A stretch of 64,000 bases of DNA from Dehalococcoidia bacterium (GTDB lineage: Bacteria > Chloroflexota > Dehalococcoidia > Lucifugimonadales > Australimonadaceae): positions 2,603,193-2,667,192 of the forward strand of contig OZ252105.1 in NCBI GenBank assembly GCA_965248455.1. The letters run 5' to 3'. Made by a program: the position numbers and the translations under genes. Below the pieces are notes generated by a model that was not told where the DNA came from, did no database searches, and saw only the letters and a program-made list of their open reading frames with translations. Below, piece by piece: positions 10,130 through 22,100 of this stretch (positions are counted from its first letter, which is position 1; each line of letters starts with the position of its first letter).

Positions 10130-12521
10130 TCACCGCGACGCTCTGGCGGACGTTCCATAGTAGCGGCGGTTGATAATCTCCTCAGCGACGGCCGCGTCCT
10201 CCGGCGCTGCGCTGTCCACAAAGGCTGCCTTGAGGTAGCACACGCCTCCGTCGAAGCCGATACATCCTTCGGTGGGCACGAATCCCCATGTACGCAGGTA
10301 CAGGTCGGAGAATCCTCGACGGAATGATTCCTTTCCGAGGTTATTGTACAGGTCCACAAACATGCCGCTGCCCATATCATAGTTGCATCCGTCGTATTCG
10401 AAGCCGCCATCTTGTAGAAGAGCTCGCACTAAATCGTATATGGTATTGAAATGCGCGCATGACAGCGAGACATAACCAGGCACATTGCCAGAAGCCAAGT
10501 ATGTCATGAACTCCGCTCCTCCTTCATCAATCCAGCGAAAGGTTGCTGCCCAATATGCGTGTGCTACCTCGTGTGCAACGGTGAGCGAATCGCTTAGCCT
10601 AGGATCGACAGTTACAAACGCCGCTCTGCCTCCGCTGCCAGGCCGACCGGTGGGGTAATCATGGATAAGAACAGTAGCATGTTTCTGTGGGAACGGCTGA
10701 CCCATGAATTCTTCGGTTGCACGCACGTCCTTCTCGAAGATATCCATCGTGCGGGATACGGACACGCCAAGGCGCACGTCCCGATGGGGCTCCAGTCCGG
10801 CAGGCCAAATAACTGGCAAGGCGACCTCGCCAGCAAGAGGAAGAGTGATCAGCCGCTCTGCTTTCTGCGTCTCGCCGGATTCCAGTATAGCGCTGAGTAG
10901 ATCAGGGCGGTCTCTCAGTCTGCCATCATTTTGCAGCAGTAGTTTCGCTGAGAGCAAGAGTGCGGCTTCCGAAGGCCCGATATCGCTCATGAATGGCTTG
11001 TCCGGGATAGTTGACACATATTCATGGTGCCAGGGGTAGCCTTCGTTGGTTTTGAGATTTCTTCCCGTAATCACCAACTGTTCGAAAGTGTCTACGGCGG
11101 ACGATTCATATACAGTGAGGCCGTCCACCGCCTATTGTTGGCGGACTACACTCTGAAATATGTCGGGGCCCAGGTTTGTGAGTTTCCAGAGAGACAAGAT
11201 GCCTGCGTTCTCGGAGGGAGACACCCCATCCCGAACCCAGGGCAGACTCTCCAATGCGCCGGAGGACTCTGGGTCCCGCACTCGCAGATCGGCAAGGGCC
11301 ACGTTGCCCAAGCTCTCGTCGGTAATCCCGTCTTTCACTGCGGGGTCGGACAAGAGTTGTCGTAACGGCGTTTCTCCGTCTGTGTAATTTTTCCCCGCAT
11401 CCGACGTTTCCCAAAAAATATCCAATATATCTTCATCATCGGGTTCGAGCGTTTGCAGGAATGGCATCCCAAGTATTTCGGCCATGCCGTCGTCACTTTT
11501 TATCGCGATATGTCTGACCTTCGTCGCTATGCTGTGGATTGAGCCTTCGATAGTGCTGAGCGAGCCGGTCAGCCAATGCTCACTCTGGATTTGTTGGTCA
11601 TGCATCCACGCCAATCTCAGCAATGCGTGCAGCGATTCGGGCGAACTGTCCGCCGTTTCAATTAACCAATAGAGTGAATAATGGTGCAAGGGCGCTCTTG
11701 ACACTTGAATATCATCTGCGCTTAGCGCGGCTTCGCGCATCGCATCTTGTACCCACGGGATCGTTTGGGTCATCGCTGCGGCCTCAGGGTGCTCATATTC
11801 CAGCACCAGCAGCAGAACGACTGCTCTATCGATCTCCGTGATGCCGTCTTCGAGTAGCGGGTGCGACAGCAATTCATCCACGTCGCCCACGTCGGGGTCA
11901 GTCAATCGCGCCAGGGCGTCCAGGGTGTCGCCATCCTCTCCATCCCCCTGGTCGACCGCCAGGAAAGGCATCGCCAGTAGCCGCAAGGCTAACGCCTCAT
12001 CGCACAGGGCCAAAGTTATATAAGGCCGGAGCGCGCCGGAATAATAATTGAATCTCTGTGTGTACGCTTCGAATGCCGCAGGCGCATACGCCGCAAACTC
12101 ACGCATTCTCAGCCCCAAGGACTCATGCCACTCCGCAATAACTGCTTCCTGTTCTGGTGTGATTGGCTGGGCCGCTGCCTGCTCGCATTGGCGTTTGGGC
12201 GTAGGCGTTGGTGTAGGCGTAGGGGTCGGCTCCGGCGTAGGCGTAGGGGTCGGCTCCGGCGTGGGCGTAGGGGTCGGCTCCGGCGTGGGCGTAGGGGTCG
12301 GCTCCGGCGTGGGCGTAGGGGTCGGCGTGGGCGTAGGGGTCGGCGTAGGTGGGGGGGGGCGTCGCAGTAGGGGTAGGCGTGGGCATAGGAGTTGGCGATG
12401 CGGTGGATGCGGGGGCCGGCGTGGCCGTGGGCCCGTGGATAGGCGTCGCTTGGGCGCAGGCGACGAAGGCGAGGAGCGTCAGGGCGAGGAGGGCGATCGT
12501 TCGCAAGAGGCGTTGCTCCAT
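10130..12521 (-). pseudogene. Lipoprotein with Pro-Thr linker, helical repeats and C-terminal gluzincin (M1-like) peptidase; two lesions
   Basis: Lipoprotein-type signal ending FVAC; frameshift at G9 (12351-12359); the PT repeat frame continues into ORF 11132-12118; in-frame TAG at 11132-11134; then AHEVAHAYW...WIDEGGAEF. Confidence 0.78.
12222..12345. repeat. 24-bp tandem repeat encoding (TPTPEPTP)n
   Basis: GGGGTCGGCTCCGGCGT(A/G)GGCGTA units repeated about four times plus partial units. Confidence 0.85.
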
Positions 12522-12653
12522 CTGGGATGGTCAAGAGTGTCTCACACGGAGCCGGTTAGATGCACGGAACCGGGCGAGGCGACGGGCCTCCACTGCTACT
12601 GGCCGGAAGAACTGCCCTAATGTTCTGAAGAGCCCACCGAACTGGACAAAATC

Positions 12654-12667
12654 AAGAACCTTCATTC
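12654..12667. other. Left attachment junction of the integrative element
   Basis: AAGAACCTTCATTC, 13/14 identical to 35525-35538; the inner arm completes the attP symmetry. Confidence 0.75.
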
Positions 12668-13158
12668 GACGGACTCAATAACAACGGAAAACTCAGGTAC
12701 TCGTGGGCGGTCGATTTGGGTCCATTCAAGCCAGGTTGGTAAAGCGGGCTCATAAATGGGTGTGTCACGTCGTTTCCGATGAACTGTTCGATTCCTCTCA
12801 GGTGGGCCTACGTGTACTGAATTGCGAACTTTTCGATTGGCCGTCGCCTTATGACTAACCGACGAGAGTTCTGCATTACATGTGCGTCTCCTAGGGGGGG
12901 TGGCGCAGCACACGGGCGATCCGCTATCACCCCCAGCCGCGCCCATCATCGTCCTTGCTCGCCCGTCCTCCACCGCGTCGTCGTCCTTCCCAACCGTGAC
13001 CTCCTCGAAAGGGTCAGCCCGTAGCGCCTCGCCGAACATCCCAGCGGCCGCGGGCCACCTGCCAGAGTCGAAGAGTTCTCCTGCCTGGTACAGAGGAATG
13101 ACGGCGGTGGCGAAGCTGGAGATGTCATTCAAGACGGATGCGACAGTAGCTTCCTCTC

Positions 13159-16100
13159 CTATCTCCGGCTACGTCGCACCACAATTATGAGAACGACTCC
13201 AGCGACTACCCCAATCACTACTACGACAATAGCCCACCAGGGGAATCCTTCGTCCCCGCCGTCCGCCTCGGACGGCGCTGGCTCAGCCGTGGGTGTAGGC
13301 GTAGGCTCCGCCGTGGGTGCAGGCGTAGGCTCCGCCGTGGGTGCAGGCGTAGGCTCCGCCGTGGGTGCAGGCGTAGGCTCCGCCGTGGGTGCAGGCGCTG
13401 GCTCCGCCGTGGGTGCAGGCGTAGGCTCCGCCGTGGGTGCAGGCGTAGGAGTAGGTGGGGGCGGCGCTTCTTCAGTCTCGCCTCTGCCTGATTCCGACCA
13501 AGGGCTGACTCCCTCGGCGTTGATAGCCCGCACCTGCACCTCGTAGCCGGTCTCAGGCTTAAGATCGCTCAGGGTCATGGATATGCCGGTGCCGCCGTAC
13601 CCGACGTCTTTGAACTCCCCGTCAGCTTCACGGTATTGCAAGTCGTAATCCGTGATCTCCGGTCCCTGGTTATCGGGCGCCGTCCAGTTTACTGCCAGGG
13701 TAGAGTGGCTGGTGGCCTTGAGGTCGGGGGCTGCTGGACGTGCCGGTGGCTCATCAACGTTCTCAACGCTGATGGTAACTATGATCCCATCGACACCCCC
13801 TCGGCGGTCCCGGGCGCTCACCCGCACCGAGTATTCGTTCTTGACCTCGTAGTCCAACGCTGTCTTGGTGGTGAGCTGCCCTGTGCTAGGGTCCACGTCG
13901 AAGGAGGCTCGATCCATTCCCCACAGCCAGTACTCCAGCCGGTCATTATCCGAGTCCCTGGCGTTCACTGGGTCCCCCACAGCCATGCCCACTTCTGCGT
14001 CCTCCGGGACGGTGCGGGTGGTGTTGAGGCCCTCGTTGAACCTAGGCGAGCGGTTGGCAGGTTCGTCGTCCACCGCAGTGACGGTGACGTTGACCGTACC
14101 GGTGTCCGTACCTCCGTTCCCGTCCGACGCCACGTAGGTGAACGAGTCGGACCCGTGGAAGCTGGAGTTGGGGGTGTAGGTGACGGTGGTCCCGGCGCCT
14201 GTGATCGCGACGCTCCCGTTGCTTGGTGTGCTCACCTCGATGACGCTGAGGCTGTCACCGTCCACGTCCGAGTCGTTGTCCAACACACTAATGACGATGG
14301 CCGTGTCCTCGGCAGTCGTGGAGGCGTCATCCACCGCCACTGGCGGGCCGTTGGCTTGAGGGACGGCTTCCCCTTCTGCCTGGGGCCCTGGGCTGCGGAG
14401 GTTCACCGCGCGGACCTGGAAGTCATATACTAGGCCATTAAATAGGTTTTCCACCGTGTGCTCGGTGGGAAGTTGGCCTTCGATTTCGAGGATGGACTCC
14501 CAGTCATGGATGTCCAGCACGTGGGCCGAGCCGGCCCCCACCAAAGCGGTGTGAGCGGCAGTGTCCACCGCTACGGAATACCCGAACCAATCGCCCGCCT
14601 CGCCGTCTTCGTGGGTCAGCTTTTTCTTCTGGCTCCATTCACCGTTGGAATCCCTGGTGAAGACGTAAGCCGAACCTGAAGCAGAGCCGTTGTCGTCGTC
14701 CCCGTACGCACCAACCACCACGGTATCAACGTCCACCGCCACCGAATACCCGAAGTAGTCGAGAGCATCGCCATCGTCTGCAGTCAGCTTTTCCCCACCG
14801 TCCCACACGCCTCCCGAATCTCTGGTGAAGACATAGGCCGCACCGGCATCCAGAAGGTACAAGGGTGAATGAGGGTCAATGGGGTCGTGCTGATACGCTC
14901 CCACCACGACGGTGGCAACTTCCACCTCGGCATCACTAACCTCCACGGTATCAACGTCCACCGCTACGGAATACCCGAAGTTATCCTGCGCCTCGCCGTC
15001 GGAGGCGGTCAGCTTGTCGGTCTCATTCCCGTCGGCCCAGGCACCGGAGGGCTTCACGAACACGTAGCCCGAGCCCGAGTCAATGCCTTTGTCATCGTCC
15101 CCGGACGCCCCGATCACAGCGGTTTTGCCGTCCAATGCTACGGAAACCCCGAACCAGTCGTCATCGGCGCCGTCGGAGGCGGTCAACTTGGCCGTCTCAG
15201 TGTCTTCCATGGGGTTCCAGTCGGCCCAGCTGCCACTGCTGTTGGGTTTGGTGAATATGTAGGCCGAACCAGAATCTTCTGAGTCGTTTTCCTCGTCGTC
15301 GTCCTGGTACGCTCCTACTAGGACGGTGTCACCGTCCACCGCCACGGAATACCCGAAGTAGTCGAGGGCCGCGCCGTCGGAAGCCGTGAGCTTGGCGGTC
15401 TCAGTACTGGTGGCCCAGCCCCCTGTGGGCTTCACGAATACGTAGACCGAGCCTGAATCAGCGCCGGCGCCGTCGTTCCCAGGCGCCCCAACCACGACAG
15501 TATCACCGTCCACCGCCACGGAAATCCCGAAGTTGTCGTAGGCCGCGCCATCGAAGGCGGTCAGCTTGGCCGCCTGGGTCCACACACCCTCAACTCTGCT
15601 GAAGACGTATACCGCGCCAGAATCAACGCCATTGTCGTCATCCTGGTACGCCCCGATAACCGCGATGTCACCGTCCACCGACACCGCATACCCGAACTTG
15701 TCGCCCCCCACGCCGTCCAGCTTGCTGGTCTTCAGCAGGTGCAATACCTCGTATCTGAGTATGGTCTCTTTTGTCTCAACGTGTGTGTAAGCCCATTTCA
15801 GCTTCACCTCACCATTGCCCTCCTCTGGGGGCTCCAAGGCCGGGCGAACTAGTTGAGGCGGCAGAGGCTTGGCGTCGATCGCCGCCGAGGCAGGGCCAAC
15901 GCCGGTTGCGTTCTCCGCCGAGATTTGGAACGTGTACGTGGTGCCGTTGGTGAGGCCGGTAATGGTGTATGTGGTGGCGTCGGCACTGATGTTGGTTGAG
16001 TTCGCGACTCCGTCGATGCTGTAATGGTATTTATCGATCGAAGCGTCGTCGGGGTCGCCCCAACTCAGACGCACCTCTTCGTGGCCCGGCTCCGCCGCGA

Positions 16101-19100
16101 GATTCAACGGCGAGTCTGGTAGCGTACCCGCCGGTGTCGCGGTGACGTCCGAGGCATCGCCGTATGGCTGAAGAGCCTGGTTGTCCACCGCGCGGATATG
16201 GAACGTGTACTCGGTGTCGTTGGTCAGACTGGTAACTGTGTAACCGATGGTGTTCGCGACGCTGTAGTCGATGTCTTCGACGTCGATGTCGATGAAGCTA
16301 GTGCCGCCGTCGGTGCTGTACTGGTATTTATCGATCGAAGAGTCGCTGGGGTCGGCCCACTCCAGCTTCACCTGGGTGTCGCCCGCGGTTGCGGAGAGGT
16401 CCGGCGCGGCCGGTGTCGCACTTGCGGGCGTGGCATCTTTTGTGACCGAAGGACCCTCTCCGATTACGTTCACCGCCCGCACCGCAAACGTGTACGTGGT
16501 GAGGTTGGTCAGGCCGAGCACCGTGTAATTGTCGGTGCTCGGCCCGCTGTCGGGAATATTCGTGAAGGTCGTGCCGCCGTCGGTGTTGTACTCGTACTTC
16601 GTGATAGGGGCGATAGTGGCGTCAGCGGTGGCCGCAGTCCAGCTCAACGTCACCTGGCCGTCACCCGCCTGTGCGCTCAGGACGGGCGCGACCGGCTTCC
16701 CCAACGGAGTGGCGCTGGCTCCGTCCGAGGCGGGGCCTGCGCCGCTTCGGTTCAGCGCCCGGATTTGGTACGCGTACTCTGTTCCGTTGGTCAGGCTGGT
16801 CACTGTGTGATTTGTGGTCTGATGATCGCTGAGGCCAATGTCCATCCAATCGGGTATGCCCAACACATGGACCGAACCAGCATCCATGCCAGTTGCGATG
16901 TCGTCACTGTACGCCCCAACCAGTGCGAGATCACCGCGTTGATCATCCAGGTCCACTGCCACTGACCATCCGAACCTATCGTTGGCCGCGCCGTTAGGAG
17001 CGGTGAGCTTGAGCGTCTCAAAGGTGCCGGCCCAGCCGAGGGCAGGCTTGGTGAAAACATACGCCGAACCGGAATTGCGGCCGTTGTCGTCGTCTTGCCA
17101 CGACCCAACTACGACGGTATCACCCTCCACCGCAACCGACACTCCAAAGTTATCCCCTGCTGCCGCGTCGGAGGGGGTGAGTTTGGCCTTCTCGCCCCAC
17201 ACTCCCGTTTGCCTGGTGAAGACGTAGGCCGCACCGGAACCGGCGCCGGTAATGGGGTCGCTGTGCTGACTTGCTCCGATCACCGCAGTGTCGCCGTCCA
17301 GAGCTACGGAAAACCCGAAGTAGCCGCTCGGCTGGCGGTCGGAGGCGGTCAGCTTGGCAGTCTCATTTCCGTCGGTCCAGCCTCCGGAAGGCTTGTCAAA
17401 TACGTAGGCTGAACCGCTTCCTAACTCACCACGGACAGTGTCGTCCCCGTACGCCCCTACCAATACAGTGTCGCCGTCCACCGCTAACGAGTACCCGAGA
17501 TAGGCGAGCTGCAAGCTTGTGGAGGCGGTGAGCTTGGCCGCTTGGCTCCACACACCGGTACCCGAATCCTTGGTGAACACATAGGCCGCACCGGCGCCCA
17601 AACGGCCCCCGGCATCATAGAGGCGCGATCCAATCGCCAGCGTGTTGCCGTCCAAAGCTACGGAACCTCCGAAGAAGGCGTACGCCTTGGGGAAAGTGGC
17701 GGTCAGCCTGGCCGCCTGGCTCCAAACGCCGCTTGTCCTGGTGAATACATAGGCCGCACCGGAATTAACAAGGGTAGCACCGCCGTCGTACGCGTGGGCT
17801 CCAACCACTACGATGTCTCCCTCCACCGCAACGGACCAACCAAACTGGTCGCCGTCATTTTCGCCGTCCAGCTTGGCCTGCTGGGTCCAGTCACCGTTGG
17901 AATCCCTGGTGAATATGTATACCGAACCCTTCCTGTTGTTTGCCCGGTCCGCCCCAACCACGGCGGTATTGCCGTCGATTGCTACGGAAATCCCGAAATG
18001 GTCGCTGGCCGTGCCGTCGAAGGCGGCGAGAAAGTCTTCCGGGATCACCTCCGATATTTGGTACCCGGTTATCGTCGAGTTGCCGGGGTTATCCCAGCTC
18101 AGCGTCACTCGGGTGTCGCCAGCCACCGCTCCGAACCCGGTCGGCTTGCCTGGCTTGTCAATCCGGGGCGTAGCGCTGGCCCTGTTCGAGGCTGGGCCGG
18201 CGCCGGTCTCGTTTACTGCGCGGATCTGGAATGAATACCCTGTGTAGTTGGTCAAGCCGGTTACCGTGTGGGTCGTGGGCGTGGCGTTGCTTCCGGTGAT
18301 TTTGGACCATTCCGGGGGGTCGGACTGCGACAGCTGGTACTCGCCGATCGTGGGGTTGCCCGGATCATCCCAGGAAAGGATAACCTGGCCGTCACCCGGC
18401 GCGGCCGAGAGCCTCGGGGCTGCCGGTACCATCAGGGCAGTCACCGTGGATGGCATGCCATTGCCGAAATTGTTCACCGCGCGCACTGCCAACGTGTGCG
18501 TGACTCCGTTGTCCAGGCCGGTGACGGTGTATGCAGTGGTGTCCGCTTGGCTACCTGGGATGTCGCTGAAGGTCGCGCCGCCGCTGTTGCCCATCCCGCC
18601 GCCGTTAATGATGTAGTCGGCGCTGTACTGGTATTTCGTGATTGTATCGTCGCCGGGATTGGTCCAGGAAAGCGTAACCCGACCGTCGCCCGGCGTGGCC
18701 GATAGGATCACGGGGGCAGCTGGCACGGGCATGGGCACGCCGGTCACAGTTGATGCCGGACCGTTGCCGGAAGCGTTCACCGCACGCATGGCAAATGTGT
18801 GCTTGATGTTGTTGGTCAGGCCGGTTACCGTCTGGCTCCTGATCGCGGCGGCGGTATCGGGGATTTTGGCCCAGCCCGATGTCCCGATGACGTAGGCAGA
18901 GCCGGCATCGGAGACATCGTTGCCGGTGTCGTCGTCGTCGTCATTGGCGTCGTTCCTGGGCGCAGCCACCAATGCAGTGTCACCGTCCAGCGCCAGCGCG
19001 ATTCCGAACCGGTCGCCCGTCGCGGCGTTGGAGGCGGTGAGCTTGACCGTGCCAGTAGTGTCGGTCCAGCCGTTCGTGGGTTTGATGAATACGTAGATCG

Positions 19101-22100
19101 AACCGGAATCCTCGCCGTCGTCGTCGTTCTGGTGAGCCCCCACCACGATGGTGTCGCCGTACACTGCAACGGACCGACCGAACTGGTCGGTATGGGCGGC
19201 GTCTGTCGCGGTGAGCTTGGCCGTCTCGGTGCCTGCACTGTTGGTCCAGCCGTTGTCAGGTCTGGTGAATACATAGGCCGAACCGGTGCTGACCTCGGTG
19301 CCCCCAACCGTGTTCCGGTCTCCGGACGCGCCAACCACCACGGTGCTCCCGTTCACGGCTACGGAACGACCGAAGTTGTCGTTGGCGGCCCGGTCGGACG
19401 CCCTGAGCTGCACGGTTTCAGTCGTCGTGGCCCAGGCGGCGCCCCCAGACTTGACGAACACGTATACCAAACCGGAATCGGTGATGCTGTTGCCGTCCTT
19501 ACCGTACGCCCCGACTGCGATGGTATCGTCGTCGACCGCTACAGAGATCCCGAACTCGTCGCCCGTCGCGGCGTCGGTGGCGGTAAGATTGGCCGCCTGG
19601 CTCCACACACCGGAGTTCTTGGTGAAGACGTATGCCGATCCTGACCTGGCCACGCCGCCTGAAACCTCAATTTGGTCTCTGGGCGCACCGACCACGATGG
19701 TGTCACCGTACAACGCCACGGGGGCTCCGAACAGGTCGTCCGCCTCGCCGCCTGTAGCCGTGAGCTTCGTCTCGGTAATAGTGGAGGTCCAGTTGTCATC
19801 TGCCGGCTTGCTGAACACGTAGATTGCGCCCTTGTCGAGGTCGTCCCCGCGGGCCCCAACCACGACGTTGTCGCCATCCACCGCCACGGAGATTCCGAAC
19901 TCGTCACCATCCGCGCCATCGGAGGCGGTCAGCTTGGCCTGCTGGCTCCACGCACCGTTGGAATCCTTGATGTAGACGTAGGCCGCGCCGGGCCTGCTAA
20001 CGTCCAGACTGGTGTCGGGATCCGTATAGGTGGGTTGGAAGGCGCCGACCACGGCCGTATTGCCGTCCACCGCCACCGAAACTCCGAACCTGTCGTTTTT
20101 CGCGCCATCGTCGGCGGTCAGCCCGCTCTCCTCAGCGAGCTGCATTAGCTGGTACTCGGTTATGGTCGTATTCCCGGGGTCATCCCAGCTAAGCGCAGCC
20201 ATGCCGTCGCCCGGCATGGCCGTGAGGTTGGCCGGGGCTGCCGGTATCATCAAAACGGTCACGCTGGATTCATCGCCCTCGCCGGAAATGTTCTTCGCGC
20301 GCACTGCCAACGTATGCGTCGTGCCGTTGGACAGGCCAGTAACGGTGTATGCGATGGTGTCCTTGTCGCTGCCAGGAATGTCAATGAAGGTCGTACCACC
20401 GTCGGTGCTGTACTGGTACTTCTCAATTGTGTCGTTGCTGGGGTCGCCCCAGGAGAGGGTAACCTCGCCGTCGCCCGGTGTAGCTGAGAGGTTCGCCGGT
20501 GCACCGGGGACGGGCGGAGGGACATTATTAATACTGATCTTTAATGCATTTGATGAGGAAAACCAATTCGCGCCCGAGCGATAGTACCGGAAATCGTTCA
20601 TCGTCCACCCGGTGGCCGTGCCGGAATCCAGAGCGTCGGATGCCGTAGTTCTCAATAGGGGTGTAGTTCCGGTGCCGCTAAAAGTCAGGTGTACGAAGTA
20701 GAAGGTGTTTGCACTCAGCTGGGCGTCTTCGGCGGTGAACCGCACGAATCCCGGCTCTATGGTGCCCGGGTTGGTCAAGGTGTGCACCACGGTGCCCGGT
20801 TCGGCATCATTGTTCGGACTCCGCACCGACACCGTTAGGTCTTCACTATCTGTAGCACTTTGAAAGTGCACGTCGATACTTCCCAAGACGTAGCCTGTCC
20901 CATTCGTGCCCGTACGGAAGCCCTGAGCTTGGTCGCTAGACAAGTCGGCATCGACACCAACACTGGTGTCGGTAGGTTGGCCGATGTTGCTCACGTACAG
21001 GGGCACGGGCGGGAGGAGCGGCATGGCGGTCACGGTGGCCGCCTGGCCGTTGACCGAAGCGTTTACCGCCCTCACTGCCAAGGTATACTCCCTGCCGTTG
21101 GACAGGCCAGTCACGGTGTACGCGGTGGTGGTGGCGCCGCTGCCGGTGATGTCGGTGAAACTCGTGCCGCCGTCGGTGCTGTACTGGTATTTCGTGATTA
21201 AGTTGTTGCCCGGATCGTCCCAGTTAAGCGCAATCTGGCCGGCGCCCACGCCCACAGTGGCCGTGAGGTTCGTCGGAGCGGCTAGTATCGTCGTGACGGT
21301 GACGTCGTTCGAGTTTGCGGTATCGCCGTCCTCGTCCACCGCCCGTATCCGGAAGGTGTAAGTTTTGCCGTTGGTCAGGCCGGTCACCGTGTATCCGGTG
21401 GTATTGGCCTCGCCGTATCCGCTATTGGGGATCGTGGTCCACTCTCCGAAGCTGCCGCCGGCCTCCTTTTGCCGGTACTTATAGCCCGAGATGGTGGAGT
21501 CGTTCGGGTCGTCCCAGTACAGCGTCACTTCGCCAACGCCCGCCGTGGCGGTCAGATTGGCCGGCGTGGCCGCTGGAGATTGCTGCGGCTTGGCGTGCTT
21601 GCTCCCAGAGGCAGGGCCGGGGCCGCCACTGTCCACCGGCCGGACCCAGAAGGTGTACTCCACATCGTTGTCCAGGCCGGTTACCGTGTGGGATGTGGTC
21701 CCCGGTCCACTTCCGGTGATGGCGGTCCATGTGGGGATGCTGAACACGTAAGCCGCGCCAGTCTCGCTTTCGTCCCCGGGCGCCCCCACGATGACTCTTC
21801 CTCCGCCCGCCGCTACGGAATCTCCGAAGTTATCGTCCGCTGTGCCGTCGGGAGCAGTCAGCTTGACCGTCTCGGTGGCGGTTACCCAGCCCCCGCTGGG
21901 CTTGGTGAACAGGTAAACCGAACCGGAGTCACTGCCGTTGTCGTCATTCCCGTAGGCCCCAACTACCACATTGTCGCCGTCGACCTCTACCGACCACCCG
22001 AAGTGATCGTCTGCAGCGGCGTCGGAGGCGGTCAACTTGGCGGTCAACGCAGACTTATCGGTGGATGAGAGGCCGCTCCAGGCGCCCCAACCGCCGCTCG

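Noticed and set aside
11132-11134. Pyrrolysine or recoded TAG readthrough
   Set aside because: TAG ends many normal genes here, there are no pyl genes, and a TGG-to-TAG change explains it.
12222-13448. 24-bp tandem repeats as CRISPR arrays
   Set aside because: No spacers; they encode Pro-Thr linkers.
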